Positions 15,001 through 17,464 of a DNA stretch of 17,464 bases are shown here, in pieces; within the stretch, counting starts at the first letter, position 1, and every line of letters starts with the position of its first letter. Below the pieces are notes generated by a model. The model searched no databases and was not told the DNA's origin. It saw only the letters and a program-made list of their open reading frames with translations. The stretch is from Saprospiraceae bacterium (GTDB lineage Bacteria > Bacteroidota > Bacteroidia > Chitinophagales > Saprospiraceae), in contig JAHDCK010000046.1 of NCBI GenBank assembly GCA_020629915.1, positions 1 through 17,464 on the forward strand. The letters run 5' to 3'. A program made the translations under genes and the position numbers.

Positions 15001-15371
15001 GAAAATAATTCTACTTGAAATACAGGAAAATCTAATAAATTTTTATTTGTTTTAGCATGGCGCACATTCCATCCCTCCCTGGATTTTACCCCGATTAAAT
15101 TTGCATTTAATACTTTTATATCTATAAAATTTGGTTGCAAAATAATCTTTCCCTTTTGATTTATTACACCAAAATCATGTCCTTCCTGAATCACTGCCAA
15201 ACCGTGTTCGTCATAATTTCCAATGGCATCATATCTGGGAGATACAAATATATTTCCCTGCTTATCAATTAATCCCCATTTCCCGTTTTGTTTGATGGGG
15301 AAATAAACCTGCGCCGACAAACCAAAAGAAATAGTAATTATAAAAATTAAATTAATAAAAATACGAATCAT
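12027..15371 (-). CDS. Giant KWG / WG-repeat protein (1114 aa) with N-terminal signal peptide; function unknown
   Basis: Signal peptide MIRIFINLIFIITISFGLSA-QV. About 22 iterations of a 30-45 aa unit with the core [KN]-x-W-G-[LF]-[IV]-[DN]...G..[VI].P.[YF][DE]....F..GLA.V (for example NGKWGLIDKQGNIFVSPRYDAIGNYDEHGLAVIQ, NCSWGYIDTLGQMVVPEGFD, ERKWGFIDPNGNFSIPAKYKAAGNFSEGLAWVK, GGKVGYFDKGGQLVW). This matches the Pfam families named 'KWG Leptospira repeat' and 'WG containing repeat'. Confidence 0.85.
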   Translation of the reverse strand: MIRIFINLIFIITISFGLSAQVYFPIKQNGKWGLIDKQGNIFVSPRYDAIGNYDEHGLAVIQEGHDFGVINQKGKIILQPNFIDIKVLNANLIGVKSREGWNVRHAKTNKNLLDFPVFQVELFSEKYIKFRYNNYWGLVNMEGAVVADPEYSHFSFLKPDKNFILTHKKSRLGLLDPKGKKLLPTEYAQFRDSRGNLIYFKKNNKWGAITREGKILLKAEWKSYQALGNNFLKLWDHQHQIFLYSIREERIINEESFNNFYLFFDTHILTNRKGLLGLLHLDGKPCLPPQFNEIQPFGEGLFRVRSRQKWGIAAEGGTLVAPAEYEYISPPDHSVCVMQKEEKFGLLNLQFEEVKPAEFDRIILEENVAKTYKNNELTILTFDETGQLEEADKFKKYASIKIGKKANVRTRRIDLRNTNGNDKYKLKNFEWFYHAETEKWGLRSLENGKEVIPPEYDRIIVKKELGFTVVGKEMILYHNFERTTYQFNFVYGLINNEKGRPITFMNIWDIRFSDIEQDSLPVARCVFSDGRHGLITKSGKVIKKDFAYIGDFVEGKARASAKGVLSGSFKKKDRSLGLIKNYLFDLLVTCSLEDITNYDREFEENAHLKCENCSWGYIDTLGQMVVPEGFDFGLDFKQGRAIVEKENKYGLIDSVGHLQLGFDYDKVSHLARASKDIFRVEKQKEQFGLIDSLGKTRVKSLYTKVRNFSENRVAVQRGHLWGFVDENATEKIPCRFKKAMDFKENRAAVNHERKWGFIDPNGNFSIPAKYKAAGNFSEGLAWVKRRGGIVYIDPSDSVRIELPIQEATDFSQGVARVRKENLWGLIDKNGKYILKPKYRKIEPFQSNGLAVVRLDAATPKYSLIDINGKRIGKKSFQKILPFSEGKAVVRSGKFYGYIDESGSLIIPAQYNRARSFSNSRSIVQKEKWAVIDESGNNITDFKYVNIQDFKNGFAIAKLDHKTFCILDHQGQLTLPLTESKILAFDGHRVLMQEKQGHLVFRDLSGRGHAGPYKEAMGFRGGTAPVKVKNKWAVINQQGILLVPPKYDKVYPFEKGFARVKVRRRYGLSNKEGEIIIPPEYEYIQYAGEGLFRVESGGKVGYFDKGGQLVWKMQE

Positions 15372-15513
15372 AGCAGTGGTGTCATTTCTGAAGAAACAAT
15401 TTTAGTTTTGGAGGCTATATACAGATAATAACTTCTACAGGAAAAATTTTGTTGTGCAGAAAGAATAAAAGAAGGGGTTTACCGGAGCTGGAAAATCCGG
15501 CCCCGGTAGAGTA

Positions 15514-16902
15514 CTAAATATTTTCATCAATAATCAAATCCAAATCTTTGAGATCGGAGATGGATTCCTCCTGCATTTTCATATCAAAAGTAAAGGGACG
15601 GGATTCCTCGTGAGAAAAATCTTTGGCATTCATTTTCTCAAATTCCTTTGCGGAATACACGCCAATTTTATTACCAGGCAATACGGCAAGAAGACAGTTT
15701 TTCACGCCTGGTTCATAGGAGAATCTTTTAGCATCTGACGCATTGTAACGCACCACGGACCTACGGGTTCCCGTCACTAAAAATACGCTGACATTGTTTA
15801 AATCCGGATTGACAGAGTCTCCAAAATCAAATGTAGCATCTACTAACATCCTGCGGGGATCTTTCCAAATATCCCAATTAAATATACCAAAATTTGATAT
15901 TCTAAAGGATCGAACCAACTCCGCCTCCTGCGCTTTCCGGGCTTTTTCGGTTTCGGCCTGTTTTTTTACTTTTTTATATTCACTCGTTTTATTATTAAAA
16001 TCTGCCAGTGCTTTTTCAAATTCTTTTCCCTTCAGTACCGGACAAACTTCTGTCGAAAAGGACTTTTCAAACGCTTTTAACGTGAGTTCGTATTTCCCTT
16101 TTGAAGCATCCACTGCCTGAATGTCTACCTCCTTCCAGTCTTCCTCAAAAACCCAGGCATTTTTCTCCGGGTCAGTATTTGGATTGCTCCCGTCGTATTG
16201 CCAGACGACACCGTGATAGGCTCTAAGCTCCGGGAATTTTTTATAATTGACATCCAGATCAAAGACAAATTTATTTTCATCGTATTTTAATGGTTTTGTT
16301 GGAACAGGCGGCAATTTTACATTTGATTTTTTGGTATTCTTTTTATTTATAACGGGTTCTGCTGTGCCCAGCTCCTTCCAGTTGCCGGTTTCTTCATCAA
16401 AATTGAAAAAGTCAAAGACCTCATCTTTAGAATGATACTCTGAAGCCATTGCCACTTCAATGTCCTTCTCGGGAGCGATAAAAATCTCCTTTCCATTGGC
16501 TTTTCCTCTCATTTCAAACATCCCGGCTGTTTCCATAAAAGCCGTTCCCTCCTTGTTTTTCATTGGGATTCCGCTGGCGATGATGTCGGTCGCGTTGTGA
16601 AATTCGCGATATTGGATGTCTACTTTTCCTTTTACCATTCTCCCATCAATATCTGTGAAAGCATCAGCGGGAATTGTTATTTTTGTTCCGTTTTTCAGGC
16701 GGATTTGGCCACCTTTAGTTGCATCAATTAGATGATTTCCAAAGGTGACCTCGATATTTTTAAGTGGAGGTAAAACAGCATTAATGGCTTCGGGAGCTAC
16801 ATCCGTTTTTACTTGATTTATCGTTTCCTGCTGGCAGCTGTAAATCGAAAAAAGCAGGATGACCAGTAAAATTCCTCCAAGGGTAATTACATTTTTTTTC
16901 AT
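15514..16902 (-). CDS. Hypothetical lipoprotein (462 aa)
   Basis: MKKNVITLGGILLVILLFSIYSC-QQE is a lipoprotein signal. K/E-rich central coiled-coil-like segment (KKVKKQAETEKARKAQEAELV). It lies 142 bp upstream of the WG-repeat gene on the same strand. A weak hairpin at 15476-15508 might separate the transcripts. Confidence 0.7.
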   Translation of the reverse strand: MKKNVITLGGILLVILLFSIYSCQQETINQVKTDVAPEAINAVLPPLKNIEVTFGNHLIDATKGGQIRLKNGTKITIPADAFTDIDGRMVKGKVDIQYREFHNATDIIASGIPMKNKEGTAFMETAGMFEMRGKANGKEIFIAPEKDIEVAMASEYHSKDEVFDFFNFDEETGNWKELGTAEPVINKKNTKKSNVKLPPVPTKPLKYDENKFVFDLDVNYKKFPELRAYHGVVWQYDGSNPNTDPEKNAWVFEEDWKEVDIQAVDASKGKYELTLKAFEKSFSTEVCPVLKGKEFEKALADFNNKTSEYKKVKKQAETEKARKAQEAELVRSFRISNFGIFNWDIWKDPRRMLVDATFDFGDSVNPDLNNVSVFLVTGTRRSVVRYNASDAKRFSYEPGVKNCLLAVLPGNKIGVYSAKEFEKMNAKDFSHEESRPFTFDMKMQEESISDLKDLDLIIDENI

Positions 16903-16975
16903 AATTGATATTTTTAGATCATTTTGATTGACATGTTCTATACACCCTAATGTTTTATTTTAAAAAAGATACACA

Positions 16976-17188
16976 ATGAAGATATTATTTTTTTTGGGAT
17001 TAATTTTAAGCATTTTATTCGTACTTTTTATTGCAGGAATGATGCAATTTGAGGGGACTATTGATTTTCAGATTGCCTACCCTGCTTTTTTGGGATATGG
17101 TACTTTAATGATAATTTTATGTCTTAGTGGTTTGTTCAGAAAATCGACAACAAAAGAAAAAAATTCAATCAAAAATAATGAACATTAA
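16976..17188 (+). CDS. Small membrane protein (70 aa), divergent from the 462-aa lipoprotein gene
   Basis: Two hydrophobic helices (ILFFLGLILSILFVLFIAGMM; AFLGYGTLMIILCLSGLF). The stop overlaps the start of the next ORF within ATGAACATTAA. Confidence 0.4.
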   Translation: MKILFFLGLILSILFVLFIAGMMQFEGTIDFQIAYPAFLGYGTLMIILCLSGLFRKSTTKEKNSIKNNEH

Positions 17189-17464
17189 TAATATATTTAA
17201 AAACCCGCCTCAGCTTGTTTTGATTATTGGCGGTGCCTTATACACTTTTTACGGATTAGGGATGTATGCTGTGATGATTTTCCAAAAAACGATTCTCTCT
17301 TATATCCCTGAGGAAGAAGTGGAATTAGATAGCTCCCTGGATTTTATTCACTCCTATATTGAGTTAACTAATACGTATATGCCTTATTTGATTGGTGTGG
17401 GATTATTTCTGGTGGCCCTTTCTGTTTTTTGGGAGAAAATAAATCCCTTGCGTATTCCTTTAGT
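17178..17464 (+). CDS. Membrane protein, N-terminal part (continues beyond the right edge of the window)
   Basis: The translation from ATG 17178 (MNINNIFKNPPQLVLIIGGALYTFYGLGMYAVMIFQKTILSYIPEEEVELDSSLDFIHSYIELTNTYMPYLIGVGLFLVALSVFWEKINPLRIPL...) is open to the end of the window and has two TM-like segments. The ORF track omits it because it is truncated by the window edge. Confidence 0.4.
   Translation, partial: MNINNIFKNPPQLVLIIGGALYTFYGLGMYAVMIFQKTILSYIPEEEVELDSSLDFIHSYIELTNTYMPYLIGVGLFLVALSVFWEKINPLRIPL

Overview
The window is AT-rich chromosomal DNA that looks like a Bacteroidota (Flavobacteriia/Sphingobacteriia-like) genome. The cues are many Cys-containing lipoprotein signal peptides, a small protein carrying a T9SS Por-type C-terminal sorting domain, a giant KWG/WG-repeat protein, and a TAnnTTTG -7-type promoter motif upstream of sucC. 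The plus strand carries recognisable housekeeping genes: an FCY1-type cytosine deaminase (332-769), the tRNA 2-thiouridylase mnmA (2978-4075), an SPFH/flotillin-like protein (4498-5715), a Kv-beta-type aldo/keto reductase (6810-7793) and succinyl-CoA synthetase beta subunit sucC (8864-10072). Uncharacterised secreted proteins and lipoproteins lie between them. The right half (10.3-17 kb) is a minus-strand block of hypothetical envelope proteins centred on a 1114-aa protein made of about 22 KWG/WG repeats, with a lipoprotein gene on each side. The most unusual content is non-coding: (1) a roughly 100-bp dispersed element built from two tandem near-identical palindromes (GTGTCAGGTG-GGA-CACCTGACAC plus CGTCAGGTG-TCC-CACCTGACG), present three times in the same orientation, always just 3' of plus-strand genes; (2) a 170-bp MITE-like unit with perfect 18-bp terminal inverted repeats lying next to copy 2, which is itself bracketed by a further perfect 17-bp inverted repeat; (3) a roughly 190-bp highly structured segment bracketed by a 40-bp direct duplication of the mnmA terminator hairpin; (4) a roughly 300-bp GC-enriched, hairpin-dense, ORF-free island inside the 540-bp gap upstream of sucC. 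No rRNA, tRNA, CRISPR array, transposase or obvious defence gene was seen. All calls come from reading the sequence and recalling protein families; no database search was run.
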